This document shows, piece after piece, positions 47,701 through 60,000 of a DNA stretch of 60,000 nucleotides. Location of the stretch: positions 100,752,001 through 100,812,000 of the forward strand of contig CM052816.1 of NCBI GenBank assembly GCA_028534125.1, read 5' to 3'. Every line of letters begins with the position of its first letter. The stretch's first letter is position 1. The translations under genes were made by a program, and so were the position numbers. The notes under the pieces are model-generated. The model was not told where the DNA came from and ran no database searches. It was given only the letters and a program-made list of their open reading frames with translations. The stretch is from Lama glama (lineage: Eukaryota).

Positions 47701-50310
47701 CGTGGTGGTTAATTTCTTAAATGTGGTCCGTGCAACCAAACGTCCTAAAATGTTACTGTGCGAATAGGGAGCAGGTGTCTGTGGCATCACCAGGTGGCCC
47801 GGAGGCTCCAGGCGCAGGTGAGCTGTCTCACCCTGGAATGACTGACTTCTTCTTTTCAGGATCATGTGTCTTGAAATGTGCACGTTTGTTGATGGCTAGG
47901 TCTGTCTACAGGTGGCCAGATCGCACGCTGCTCAGGGTCAAAGGCTCATCGGACACTTGTGTAGCCTGAGTTTAGACTCTAAACAGGAAGGAATCAGTGC
48001 CCACCGTCACAGGGCCCTTCAAACCGTCAGCCCAACGTCTTGCTTTGAGGCTCCTATTCCAGAAAGTTTCCAGGTTTGCAGGAAGGGAAATGCCGGGTCA
48101 GGTTACCCACTGAGCTCATCACAGGTGTGCCGGCTGGCAGGTGGGACGGCCTGTGCTGGGGTGCGGCACACGTGGCCCGGGAGGAGGTCTGGTCTGTGCT
48201 GCACGCAGGCGGCCGTCTGCAGCCTCCAGAGGACGCCCCTGCCCCGCCCTGTTCAGAACACGCAGCGCTGGTGGGGCCGGCACAGGACCCTCGAAAGTAC
48301 GCAGAAAGCCAACCCAGCAGCTCTCAGCAGGGATAATGTCACGTGTGACTGTGGTTTGAAAAGCCAGCTTCAGGTTCCCAGGAAGGCAGTGACCTAGATT
48401 AGCAGCAATTGTTGGAAAAGTTTCGATTTTTTTTTTCCACTACAAGGTTTGTAACACTTAATGTGATCAGAAAGGTCCGCAGCCCTTCACATCCACGTGG
48501 ACTAGATCTCACCGGGACAGCCCGCAGACGCAAGTGTGAAGGGGGCTGCCCGCCGCGGACTGAGCCTGGGGCAGCCCCAGGGCCGGTGTTGGGGGCAGTT
48601 GGATGGGACCCCATCCCCGCCCTGCCATCCCTGCCAGGCAACCCCAGCCCTGTGGCCCCGTAGGACGGAGGAACCCAGGCAAACTGGGCACCACGAGGAA
48701 GGAGGGAGCACGTCTTCTCAACCAGGCTCGAGGGACAGTGGGCGGGCTGACCAGAGGCCCAGCCCAGCGGCCAGAGCCGGGGTGGAGGGGCTGCGTCCCA
48801 GGCAGCTGAGGTGACAAGGACAGGGAAGGGGGCCGGCTCATGGGCCAGGAAGCCCCCAGCACCTTGCAGAGGTACTGGGCACACTGGGAAAGGCCGAGAA
48901 TCCTCTCTAAGTGGGTTAAGACCAGGAGCCCCGTGTTACTGTAAATTTGACTTTGCTCAGAACTCTGGGCTACTGAGGGCCCAGAAGGAACCCCCAGTTT
49001 CCAATCTTCAGAAAACTGCGCCCGGAGGAGCTCACCAGGGAGCCTGTTCCCTCCTGGGGGGCCTGCCGGGACCCTGCCAGGGACTCTCCTCCCAGTCGTA
49101 TGACCTGCCCTGAAACACAGCTCCTCAGCCATCCAGGGAAGCAGTCGTTCTATAATTAATATGTTTATCAGTCGAAGCTTCCTAGTGCAGGCTGGTGATT
49201 GAGCGCAGGCTGGAATATGAGGTGCTATGAGTGCAGGAGTGACCTTCACCGTGGGCTCACACAGGCCCGGGACGCTGCAGCAGACACGGCCCACGCGGCA
49301 GCCAATAAATCAGAGGCTTCCCGTCCGACTGGCTCTTCCTGTGTGAGTAGCTTGGCGGTGTTTCGTCTCATGGATTCTCAGATTCATCAGAGAATTAAGA
49401 GACAGTGATGGATTCTTAACCGGAGCCCATCAACCTCAGTTAAAATTTCACAACATTCACATTAATTAAAGTGCTTCATTATCCATTTTCTTTTGCACAC
49501 AGTGAGCTGGGCACCTCCAGGCTCTGGAAAAGCAAACCTGCTTGAAATGCAGCCCTGGCTCGATGCGTTTTAACCACCAGGGAGACAGTCACAAAATATG
49601 AAGAGGAGAGTGTGAGGGAACTGTTGCACAAACAGATTCTCCGAAATCAGAACTCACTGGGCAGGGGGCAGGTCACAGCGGAGGAGCAGAGGGCGGCTTG
49701 TAACGCAGAACATTTTAACCCGCAGTTTGTCAGACAAAAGAAATGCCTGACTTTTTAGAAAATACCACAAAAGCCTCAGTTTACTGACAAGATTATATTC
49801 AACTGTAGGTCTGAGAACGTTGGAACTGGGTCAGGAAACACCTAAACTTACCTAGAATTTTCTGCCCACGGTCCTGATGCCTGCCCTTCACTGACTCTGT
49901 GGAAGTCTGGAGCAGGAATCTGGGAGGAAGAAATAGGGGGATTAGAAAAACACAGAACATTTCTCGCACTTCTACAATTCCTATGTTGGATTTAAGGAAT
50001 AAGGGGAAGAAAGATGGAGCTTTAAAGACAACACTATATTACTGGACAAAATATAATGTATGTACTGGCTGAATCCCTCCCTGACGGTGACCACGCACCG
50101 CTGTAGAAATTCAAATAGAACAAAATTGATAAGCAATGCTCTTTGATGCTGTGAGGGAAAAGTCCTCAGAAGTACTGTTGGATTGTTGGCCAAACTGTCA
50201 CATCTCAAAGTCAGTAATTTTACCTCAAGATAAGATGGTGGAGTAATTGCTAACATGGTTCTTCCGTGATCACTGAACCGTGTGAATTGCATTTCCTAAG
50301 CATCCAGTGC

Positions 50311-50350
50311 CTGGCCAGCCCTGACCAGCCCTGACCAGCCCTGACCAGCC
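50311..50350. repeat. 10-bp tandem repeat CTG[G/A]CCAGCC x4
   Basis: ctggccagcc ctgaccagcc ctgaccagcc ctgaccagcc, read directly. Confidence 0.95.
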
Positions 50351-51061
50351 GCACGTCCTCGTGCTTGCCGGGCAGACACGACCGCTAGCGTGACGCTCCC
50401 GGCTTATCCCCGCTCCTGATCTCACTGACCAGAAAAAGCGATTGGAACGGAACTCAGTCATTGTCCTAGGAAAGCACTGAATTGGGCAGCAAGTGGTTTT
50501 CCTTACAAGATGTAGAAATGTAGACAATATTTCTCCCCAATTTTTGAAAATGGTGAAGAGATCCTGTCAAAGCAGATGTAAGAAGAAAAGCTTTAATATT
50601 GAAAGAAGCCTAAATTTTGGCAGGAACAACCTAAAGTAGCTACAGCCTGACACCGACTTGGAAAGGCACACACTCCACGGCCACCTCGGAGACCCTGGGC
50701 TTTGATGTGTTTACACTGGCAACCCTTGTACACCTTGTCATGCCAGTGAAATGACTGAAATTGAAATCCATTCCACTCTGGTGCTGGTGGAGTCACCTCC
50801 AGCTCTGAATTTAAGAGTGGAATTAGAAACAGTAGGGGCTCTGTGTAACTAGTACTGTCTGTAGGAAAAGTCCTTTCTCAGGGTCTGAAATCAAGGTTTT
50901 GTTCTCTCGTCCTAGTGGAAAGGATTAGGTTGGCACCCAGCTTACAGAGTTCTCTTTTTCTCCCCTGGATGGAAGCCCATGTCACTCAACTGTTCCTCTG
51001 CAGATGGCAACAAAGATGTTGAGTATCCAGACTAGGAAGACGACCTTTTCAGGAGTAAGTG

Positions 51062-51495
51062 CTGGTGCGGGTGATGCTGATAGTGAGGTGATGATGGTGA
51101 TGCTGTTGGTGATGATGATGCTAGTGGTCGTGAGGGTGCTGGAGATGACAGTGGTGGGATGATGATAATGCTGGTGGTCATGTTGCTGTTGGTGCTAGTG
51201 AAGATGTAAGCAGTGGTGAGCGTGGTGGGGATGACAGTGGTGATGCTCATGATGGTAGTGGTGGGGATGGTGGTGACGCTGGCAGGACAGCGGTGATGAC
51301 ACTATTGGTGATGATGCTGGTTATATTGCTGATGATGACAGTTATGACGAGGTGTGGGGATGGCGATGGCGAGGGTGTTGGTATGATGTAGGCAGTGAGG
51401 ACAGGGATGGGGAGGGTGGTGACGGCAGTGATGATACAGTGGTGGTGGTGGTGGTGATCATGATGTCGGTGGTGAGGATGGCGCTGACAACCGTG
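51062..51495. repeat. Degenerate (GGT/GAT)n trinucleotide repeat, about 430 bp
   Basis: ggtgatgatggtgatgctgttggtgatgatgatg...gtggtggtggtggtggtgatcatgatg; source of the His/Thr/Ile-rich minus-strand ORFs. Confidence 0.92.
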
Positions 51496-51496
51496 A

Positions 51497-51680
51497 CAGC
51501 TAATACCTGAGAGGTTTGCACCACACACATACTTACTGTACCAGGCACAGTTACAAAGGCTTTGAACATATTATCTTCGTTAATCTTCTGAAATCCCTAT
51601 AAGGTAGAGACCCTAATTACTATTATCTTACTACAGAGAATGTTAAAATTTAAAGGTTAGAAACAGTTCTCCAGGACATT
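51497..51680 (-). mobile_element. MIR SINE
   Basis: cagctaatacc..cttactgtaccaggcacagttacaaaggctttgaacatattatcttcgttaatc...ccctataaggtag matches antisense MIR. Confidence 0.78.
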
Positions 51681-51714
51681 CCAGGTTCTGCGTTTATCAC
51701 TCATATGATGCATC

Positions 51715-51865
51715 CTGCTTACCTGTTCACTGTCCCGCTGCACCAGACGGAGGTAAACCCCACACGGGGAGGTGATTTTGTCTGTTTGATTCCATCCTGC
51801 CACCCTAGCATCTGGAACAAAGCCTGGGATGTAGTTGCTGCTCAGTGTATATTATTAAAAGATAC
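51715..51865 (+). mobile_element. L2 3' end
   Basis: gtaaaccccacacggggaggtgattttgtctgtttgattcc...cctagcatctggaacaaagcctggga...gctcagtgtatatt. Confidence 0.72.
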
Positions 51866-51919
51866 GAGCTCCCTTATGCCAGCTGCTAATGTAGACACTG
51901 ATCTAGACAACTTTCGAAA

Positions 51920-54900
51920 CAACCTAGATTTCTATCCAGATGGAGTAATAGGAGGGGGGTTACTCTCCCAGCTGATACAACTAAAAAGAAAACTGACAAA
52001 ATGTATGAAGCAAAAGTTTTCAGCCTGAGGAAGTAGCAAGAAAAACTAGCCAAACGTAAACACGTAGCGGAAGAGACTGAGCACGAGTGAGCGGCGGGGT
52101 GACTTTGATCTAATGCATGTGTCATTTGAGATCTGAGGAAGGGAAGGGAAAAGTATTTGAAGAAGTGATCTAAAAATGTCTAAAGTTGGTGAATTTAGGC
52201 AGATTCCAAAGCTCAACAAAACTGTAGCACAAGAAACATGAAGAAAACTAACACAAGGTGTGTTGTGATCAAATTGCTTTGTCAGTGGTAAACAACCTTA
52301 AAATTAGCCAGAGAAGAGGTAGAGAAATACAGCATGAACGCAGACCCAGCACCGGCAGACTTCTCACTGCAAACAATTCAAACCGGAGGACAGTGAAGTA
52401 ACAGCTTCAAAGTTCTGACAGAAAACACAAAACAGAACAGAACGTACCCAGCAAAAATAACTTAGAAATGAAGGCGTCATAAAAGGCATAGTAGACCTCA
52501 AACATGTGAAAGGCTTCATAGCCCGCTGACCTGTCTTTTAAGAAGGAAAATGGCACCAGGTTGGAATCTAGAATAAAACAGAGCATCAAGAAAGGTAAGT
52601 ATAAATGACATTTTTTAAAAAATCTCTTGAGAGACAATTGACTATTTGAAGAAAAATAACAACAGTGTATTGAGCTGTTTAAAACATGTGTAGAAATATA
52701 ACTTATAACAAGAACTGCTCAAGGACCAAGAGAGAGAACTGTGAGTGCACTTTTACAGGACCCTCGTTCTACGCGTGACGTGGTAGCATATGACCTGGAA
52801 GTAGCAGTGGTAAGTTAACCATTCAGATCATATGCCCTGAAGCCATCACCAAAAAAAATTAACCTTTATAACTCACTTGAATGCAAAAAGGGGAAAATAT
52901 AAACCATTCCAACAGTAATCCAAGGAAGTTGGACCGCTTGTATTAGTATCAGACAAAGTAGAGCAAAGAATATTATCCGGGTTAAAGAAGATTATTTCAT
53001 AATAGTGAAGGGTTCAATCCGTCAAGGAGCCACAAAAAACCTTAAAAATGTATGCCCTTAATAATATGAAGCACAAACTGATAAAACTAAAGGAGTTTTG
53101 CTGGTTTTAGAAAAAATACACAATTATAATCAGAGATTTAAACACTTTTCCATCAGTAACGTTTAGAGCAAGTAGAGAGAAAATCGGTGAGCACACAGAA
53201 AGTGTGAAGCGTGCTGTAAACGCGTCTGCCCTGCGCTGCGCTCACAGAGCACTGCAGGTGCACACTGTCTTCAAGTTCAGGTACTTATTCTTTTCAAGGG
53301 CACACAAAATACTTACCAAGATATACTATATTCTCACCATAACACAAGTCTTAGTAAATTTGAAAGGCTTCAAATCATGCCAGCTATGCTCTCTAACCAC
53401 AATGAAATTCAATTAGAAGTCAGTAACAGAAAAAACCTGGAAAACTCCTAAATATTTGTAAACTATATAAAGCACTTAAAATAACTGTTTCCAAAGAATA
53501 AATCTAAAGAAAAATGGAACTGAATGAAGATCATAACACAACATATCAAAATGCGTGGGGTGCATCTTAGGCGGCGCTGAGCTGGATGCTCATTATTTAT
53601 AATGCTAAAGTGCCTACATTATAAAATGAGAAATACATCAAATTAATAGCCTCTTCTTCTACCTTAAGAAACTAGAGAAACCAGTACATTAAACCTAAAG
53701 AAAAGGGAAAAAAGGAAAAAAGAGAAAAAAAGATAATAATAGAAATTAATGGCATAGGAAAAACAGAAAAAAGAACACGGAGAGAAACCAAAAGCTGTTG
53801 TTCGAGCTCAATAAAATTGATAAACTTCTAGTTATATTGACCAGGAGAGAAAAAAGAGAGGGCAAATGAGCAATATCAGAAATGAGAGATCACTACAGAG
53901 TCTATAAATATTGAAAGGAAAATAATCGAATAACACAAATAACTCTACACCCTTAAAGTTGACAACTTAGGTGAAAAAATAAATTTATTAAATGAACAAA
54001 CTTTCAAGTTTTACTCAAAGAAATAAAAATTAACCTGAAGAGCTCTACATTCACTACAAAAGGTAAAACTGCTAGCTGAACTGCAGTTAAAGACCTTTGC
54101 ACGTGAAAAACTTGAGGTGGATCCCCGGGTAAATTTCCCAAACAGTCGCGAAGGATTATAAATGAAATGAAAAGGAGGTGATACTTTCCAAGTTAGTACG
54201 GCCAGCACTACACTGATACGACCGAAACCAGGTATTACAAGAAAACTGCAAACAAACATCTCTTACAGAGGCAAAGATTCTTAACAAAACGTTAGCAAAC
54301 CAAATGCAATAAATCTAAAAATGGCATGTTATAAGCAAATGGAGTTTATCACAAGATGCAAGACTGTTTTAAAAACCGAAAGTTAATCAAAGCAATCCAC
54401 CTCACTACCAAACTAAAAGGGAAGATCCACACGGTCATTGTGCTAGGTACTGAAAGGTCATCCGAGAGGAATCCAATATCCGTCCCTGATAAAAGTTCTC
54501 AACAAACCAGAAATAGAAGAAACTTCCCTAACGCGAGAGAGGGCATCTGCGAACACACAACGTCCAAACGACACGGCTACTTCTCTCCCCAGTGACGAAG
54601 GACTAACGTCTTCGTGTCCCAAGGCCGGGAGGGAGGCCAGGAGACCTGTTCCCATCGCTTCTGCTCAGCCTCGGGCTGGAGATTCTCGCCGCACAAGTTA
54701 CACACATACATTTTCCAGGTTGAAAAAAATAAAACTGCCCTCATTGTTTAGATGACACAATCATTTATGTAGCAAATCTGGTGGAATCTACAAAATCCAC
54801 AAAAGCTATCAGGATGAGTCGGCGATGTTAGCGAAGTCACAGGTACAAGGTCAATGCAGGGGGATCAGCCATGTTTCCGCACACTCGCAACGAATTACTG

Positions 54901-55440
54901 GAAAGTGGAAAAAACGAAACAGAACAAGATCACTTCCAAGAGCATTAGAAACACATTAGATACTTAGAGATAAATTTGACAAAAGGTGGGCAAGCCCTGT
55001 GAAGTAAACCAGTGAAACGCTGCTTGCAGATACAAAAGCAGCCTGAGGTGCGCAGAGAGGGCCACCTGTGCGCACGCCCTGCAGGGTCCGTGTGGCTGCG
55101 ACCTCACCTCCCGGGCCAGCCTTCTCAGACCTTCCACCGAAGTGCTGGCTTTGAGCATCTGCGCTGTTACTCACCAACACCTGAGACGCATCACCAGTCG
55201 CAGCAAACGCCGGTGCTCCCAGAGACCCGCGTCTGCTGCTAAAGCGCTGCGAGCGTGGGGAAGGCTCCGGGAGGCGCCTCTCGCACAGATGCCAACGAGG
55301 AGAGACCCCGGGCCGTGGAACCCTTTCCTCAGCAAGAGGAGTGTCTTCGGCGACCGTCTCGGGGACACAGGGTCTGTTCCCGCCGAGGACGCTGCGTGGA
55401 GGACGTCTCACGGTGTCAGGACGGCAGAGCCCGAGGGTTT
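51920..55440 (+). mobile_element. Ancient, internally deleted LINE-1 (L1MD/L1ME-type) spanning 5'UTR, ORF1, EN and RT
   Basis: 5' end ccagatggagtaatagg...acaactaaaaagaaaactgacaaaatgtatgaagc. EN region tattagtatcagacaaagtaga and ctctctaaccacaatgaaattcaattagaa. aaaattgataaacttctag. RT FADD-region remnant aaaactgccctcattgtttagatgacacaatcatttatgtag (~54731). ORFs 53204..53416 and 54356..54595 are L1-like. Confidence 0.9.
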
Positions 55441-57529
55441 GCTGTCCCTGGTGGTGTCACTCCTTCCCTGTGCCCCTTGCCATCCGGGGTGAGAGGCACC
55501 CGAGAGTCAGCCGCTGCTGCAGCACCCGGAGCCCCTGGGGCGGGGAGGAGGGTAGGGCCCACCCTGCTGTTTCCAGGACACCCCGTGAAGGAGCGCACAT
55601 TGCACCCCAGCACTGAGGAGCTGCAGTCAGACCCAGGCCCCCTTCTCCCCGGTGATTGTGCCCTGGGCTCGCCTGACGCTGGGGACCAAGCCTTCCCAGT
55701 GCAGACAGAGTAGGAGCAGCAAAGGGAGCCGGTCGAGGAGGGGGGACGCTGGTCTCTTGTTAAAAAGCCGCCTGTAGGTGAGTGCCAGGCCACGGTCCGG
55801 CCCCGGCCCCTGCCTCCGGTCTCAGCATGATGTCACCCCTTGTCTGTCCCCTAGACGCAGCACCACGGGGCACCCTGAGCCTCAGCCTCCGGGTGGAGAT
55901 GAGCCTCTGTGCCTCTGCCGTCTGCCTGGGGCTGCTCACCCTTCATCCCACTTCACCCTGGGCTTCCCCCTGGGCTCCGTGGCTGGTGGACCCAGAGGAG
56001 GGACACAGCCTGGCCTTGATGTCCCCAAGCCCCCCATCCCGAGTGCACGGGTTTCCCTGAGCGTGGGAAGGTCCTCTCCCCGGCCTCCTCCCCACCCCCT
56101 ACACTCCTTCGAAACACCACCCCCTGCTAATTTCACCCTGGAGAAAGGAGGGCATGTGGGGCTTCTTGCCCCTGTTTTCCACCAAACCAGCCCTCAGTCA
56201 GCCCCCTGATCAAACCGGGTACGCAGGAGTTTCCCCGAACAAAGAGGAGGAGAAGTCACGGCCGGCCTCTAGGAGGAGGCTGTGCTCAGCTGGGTTGCAC
56301 GCACGCCTCCTATCCTGCCTTGGAGGACAATTCTCACTGCCGAGCAGGTGCGGGCAGGCACACCTGAGCACAGCTGCCAGCAGAGAGCCCAGCCCACTGG
56401 ATGAGGGTTTCACGGCCCATCCACCAGACTGGTGTGCAGGCAACGCCCCAAAAAGAAATAAAAGGGAGGCGCGGAGGGCAGAGGCTGTTAAGTTCATCCC
56501 CGCAACTCTAAGAGAGAGAGAGAAAACTTTAGAATAAATGAATTTCCCAGCCTCCCATCCTTTCTGGAACACGTCTTCCCACCTCCTGTCTCCAAACATC
56601 ACACACGTGCCAGAGACCATGGGGCGGGGGGGGGGGCTGAAACCACTTCCCTCAGCATTTTCACACTCTCCCCCTAACATCAGGAGGCCCTGCTACTCAG
56701 GTAATCTGGGGGAACACGTGTCCAAACACAGCAGGCCGAGGCTGGAGGTGCGACATCCCTCGCGCTCTCAGTGAGTGTCACTCGGTAATGCTGACCCACA
56801 CTGTTTCGTGCACTGGCAGAAACCTAATCGTGTTACGGGGGTGGGACATCTGCCTGACTTTAGCTGATGATGCCAACCGAGGGCCCTGAGATGCCCAGAC
56901 ACACCAGGTCCCCACACAGGGGACGGGCCAGGAGGGTGAGGGTGGACGGGCGCCAGGCAGTGCTGGCCTCACCCTAGGGAGATGAAAACATCCTTGATGG
57001 CAGTCTGTCTGCAGGGAAGAAAGATGCTGTTACAACCGCCAGGTCCTCGTGGTAAACTAAGGGCGCCAGTTCTCAGGGCTGCTTTCCACATTTCCGTCCT
57101 CACAGATCCATAAAGAACAGTGGTGATGCGGCCGAGATGAACCCCCCAGCACCCAGGAACCAGGAGTGAGCACTCCCAGACCCCGAGGGAGGTGGTGGTG
57201 GTGGGCTGCCCCCCAGAAGTCTGCCCTGCCCTGTGCTCGGCGGGTCCACGCAGACACCGCCGTGGCAAGACATGTCATCAGAGCAAACAAGCAAGCAACT
57301 AACTCTAAAGAGCAGCCTTTTGACTGAGTGTTGAGAGCAAGAAAGGTGGGAAGGCAGGTGGGGACATCCTGCGGGGCTCCAGCCCAGCCCCTGGATGCTC
57401 AGGAAGCTTGGGGGCCTCGTGATTCCTTGCAGCTCAGGGTCCATTAACACCCAAGAGATCAGAGGCCGCCACCTGTAACATATCTGGTTGGCACCACCCA
57501 GCAACCTGCTCCCCAAGAGAACACACGTC

Positions 57530-57660
57530 ACTGCGTTGTCTGGGGAAATGTACTCACCCTCTCTGGTCCTTAGTTCCTAAATGTGAAAAGGAGGAATAAC
57601 TCTGCCTCTCTCAGAGAGACGTTCTGAGGGTTAAATTACAAACAGAAGCACTTAGAGTAC
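57530..57660 (+). mobile_element. MIR SINE core fragment
   Basis: ggggaaatgtactcaccctctctggtccttagttcctaaatgtgaaaaggaggaataa...gttctgagggttaaat...aagcacttagagt. Confidence 0.7.
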
Positions 57661-60000
57661 ATGTTGCCATGATTTTCCTCGTATTTTCTTGAAGAAGCCA
57701 AAGCAGACGATTTGGGACGAGGCAAAGGTCCCAAGCTCTCTTGTGAGTAACTGCTCAGCAGTCGCATCTTGCCTGCTCCCGTCCGGAGTGCTGCTGAAGT
57801 GGACGAAGACTTGAATGAGGCAGGGGCTGCAGGCGTGGAAGCCTCCCCGGACCCGAGTAATGGGCTCGTGCGTTCGCGTCTCTAGGACAGTCTTGTAAAG
57901 CCTGCTTCCTCTCCTCTCCGCCTTGACGGCTCAGAGGGGCAGCCGCTGTGAAGTTTCCAGTGAGGAAGCTCCGAGAGGGAGGGGCCCCGGGTCCTGAGTT
58001 CATGGCCACGGCTCCGAGCTGAGTGGAACCTGAACGGTGCCCCCGTCCACACGAGTTCATTGCCATCGGCCAGGACACAGTTCATCCAGGTGCCAGACTG
58101 CACGGCCAGCCTCAGAGGAAGGGGCCTCCGCTTTCCTCCCGGGCTTTGTGGCCAAGAGCACGAGGAAGCATCAGACCTGTGGTCCACAGGTGGGAGAGGG
58201 GTACACTTGCCTCCAGGCCCCCCACGTGCATGCAGCAAACTGCACAGCTGGCCTTGTTTCCACAGGAGGCGCTGGGACCTGCAGGCTTCAAAGGAAACGG
58301 GGAACAGATTGTGAGTTACTGTCATGGGCAGTGGTCCACAGGAGATACAGACACTCCGGGAAGATGGGCTGTAAATTATTTCCTGGTGTCTCTGTTCTGG
58401 GCAGACTCATTAGCCCTGGCAAACGGCAGTTAAAGTGCACCCAGGAGCCTGATCCCAGGACAGAGTGTCACTGAGCCTGAAATGATCGCCATGAACAAAT
58501 GATTTGTAGCTTATAATTGGCAACAAAATACGGAATTCACAAGTGACTATTAAAACAGTGTGATTTAACCAAAGCGTGAGAAGGCCATTAATCAAACTGG
58601 GATGAAACAGACAAAGGACCTGTGGCAGACCAGCTCCCCCAGCCAGCATCCTGCGGGAAGAGTACGGGTGTCCGTGCCTGGGGGTCCCTCCAGGCTGTGC
58701 GCGTCCCACCCCCCACCCTCACAAAGCTCGCACGAAATGCTGCCCTATTTGGAACCACGTTTGTGAAATAAACCCTCGAGGTCCATGCGGGGGCTCCCCC
58801 AGCATCTCTGGCCTGAGCCTCCCCATCCACTCCGCATCCCGAACCCACAGGTGTGCCGTGAACCTCACAGGCACACACCTCGGTGCGGGAATCCGCACTC
58901 TACACACCCCCACCTTCTCCGAGTCCCAACCAGAAGCCATCACATCAAGATGTGTGACGGTCACCTGTGGTAACATGGTCGCTGTGGTTGCTTTAACCGT
59001 GTTTCGAGCTCCTGTGCAGAGAGGTGGCTCTGTGTGTCCCTGAGCCTGTGGGCAAGTTTGCTGGAGCAGGGCCCTGGAAGGTGCTGGTGCACAGAAACCG
59101 TCGGCCCACCAAGCACGGAGGCTCCTGGAGAGGATTCACGCCCTCAAGGGTAGAGACGTGGAGTGGCTGAGGGACCCCAGAGGGGGACAGCCACCCCCTG
59201 CAGATACTTTACCCATGTCCACAGGCCATAAATGGCCACGAGTGGTTACACAGCTCAGAGACTCCCCCATGGTGGCAGGAAGTCTGGCAGGGCGACTGAG
59301 GATGGGCCCTGCTCTTGCAGTCCCAGGTCAGAGCCTTCCCACACGACCCCGGCCTTCTCTGGCTCAAGTGTGAACCTTGCTGTGTTTGAGGACACCCATG
59401 GAAGGTGGGAAACCTCCCAGGTTTGCTGGAGGTGTCTGAAGTCGCCTGCAGTGAAACCTGCCTGGGAATACACTCCATGGTCTGGCCCGTGATCGCTGAC
59501 CTGCCCTCCAGGTCAGGCCAGGCCGGGAACAGGACCAGCCGGGTGCAGCCGGGCGCACACCCACCTGAGGGTCCCCACGTGGCAGCACTGCCCTGCTGTC
59601 ATGCAGTTATGTGGGGAACACATCCATCTGATCACCCTGACATGTGTGCAGCTGGCCCTCAACGGTCACATCCAGCCTTGCTGGCTGGCCTGTCAGGCCC
59701 CTCCCCACCCTCAGTGTCCCTCGCCCCACCTGCTGTCATCCAGGGCTGCTGGGGTCCTCACTCCATTGACTGTGCCTTTCAATATGGAATCTGGGAATCC
59801 AGAGATGGTCCAGGAGCCTGATGAATGGAGGAAGAGCTGCCGTGGGCTCGGGGCAGGTGCTTCCTGCCCCTTGAATCATCAAACCCCTCATGAGGCCCAG
59901 CCACTCCATGCATGTATCCAAGCCTCGTAGGCCTGAGCCCGGGGCTGCAGGCCGTGGGCTGGGCAAGGACTCGGGACAGTGAGGATGCTGCAGGGAATCC

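Noticed and set aside
50311..50350. Short repeat array considered as CRISPR-like
   Set aside because: No spacers; a simple 10-bp tandem repeat in mammalian DNA.
51004..51054. Possible 51-nt + strand exon (ctctgcag|ATGGCAAC...GGA|gtaagt)
   Set aside because: Peptides unrecognised, lies beside a simple repeat, and such splice-like pairs occur by chance.
1..60000. Naming the host gene or locus
   Set aside because: No diagnostic exon is present; any name would be a guess without a genome alignment.

Overview
This is mammalian, GC-rich, non-coding DNA of subtelomeric/H-isochore character, with two assembly gaps (100 N at 10866-10965; 500 N at 33683-34182). A Vic-1-like tRNA-derived SINE, cetartiodactyl-type L1 3' ends, and no recognisable Alu, BovA/ART2A, CHR or PRE-1 point to a camelid (camel, alpaca or llama). 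I cannot support any host protein-coding exon. The only recognisable peptides in the ORF track are LINE-1 remnants; the rest look like chance GC-rich or low-complexity frames. The window is a mosaic of old eutherian repeats (L1M, HAL1, L2, MIR, MER58, MLT1), a few younger L1 3' fragments, CA-rich microsatellites, and roughly ten AT-rich unique islands carrying homeodomain, PBX-MEIS, SOX and TCF motifs. That pattern suggests a gene desert or very large intron near a developmental regulator, but I could not identify the locus. The clearest signal is a strong, patchy A/T-to-G/C shift in the repeats, including a steep GC step inside one L1, consistent with GC-biased gene conversion. I found no convincing new biological system. 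The best leads are the gBGC footprint, the candidate enhancers and a four-hairpin cluster at 22320-22458. Repeat-family calls rest on remembered consensus sequences and need RepeatMasker/Dfam confirmation; their boundaries are approximate.
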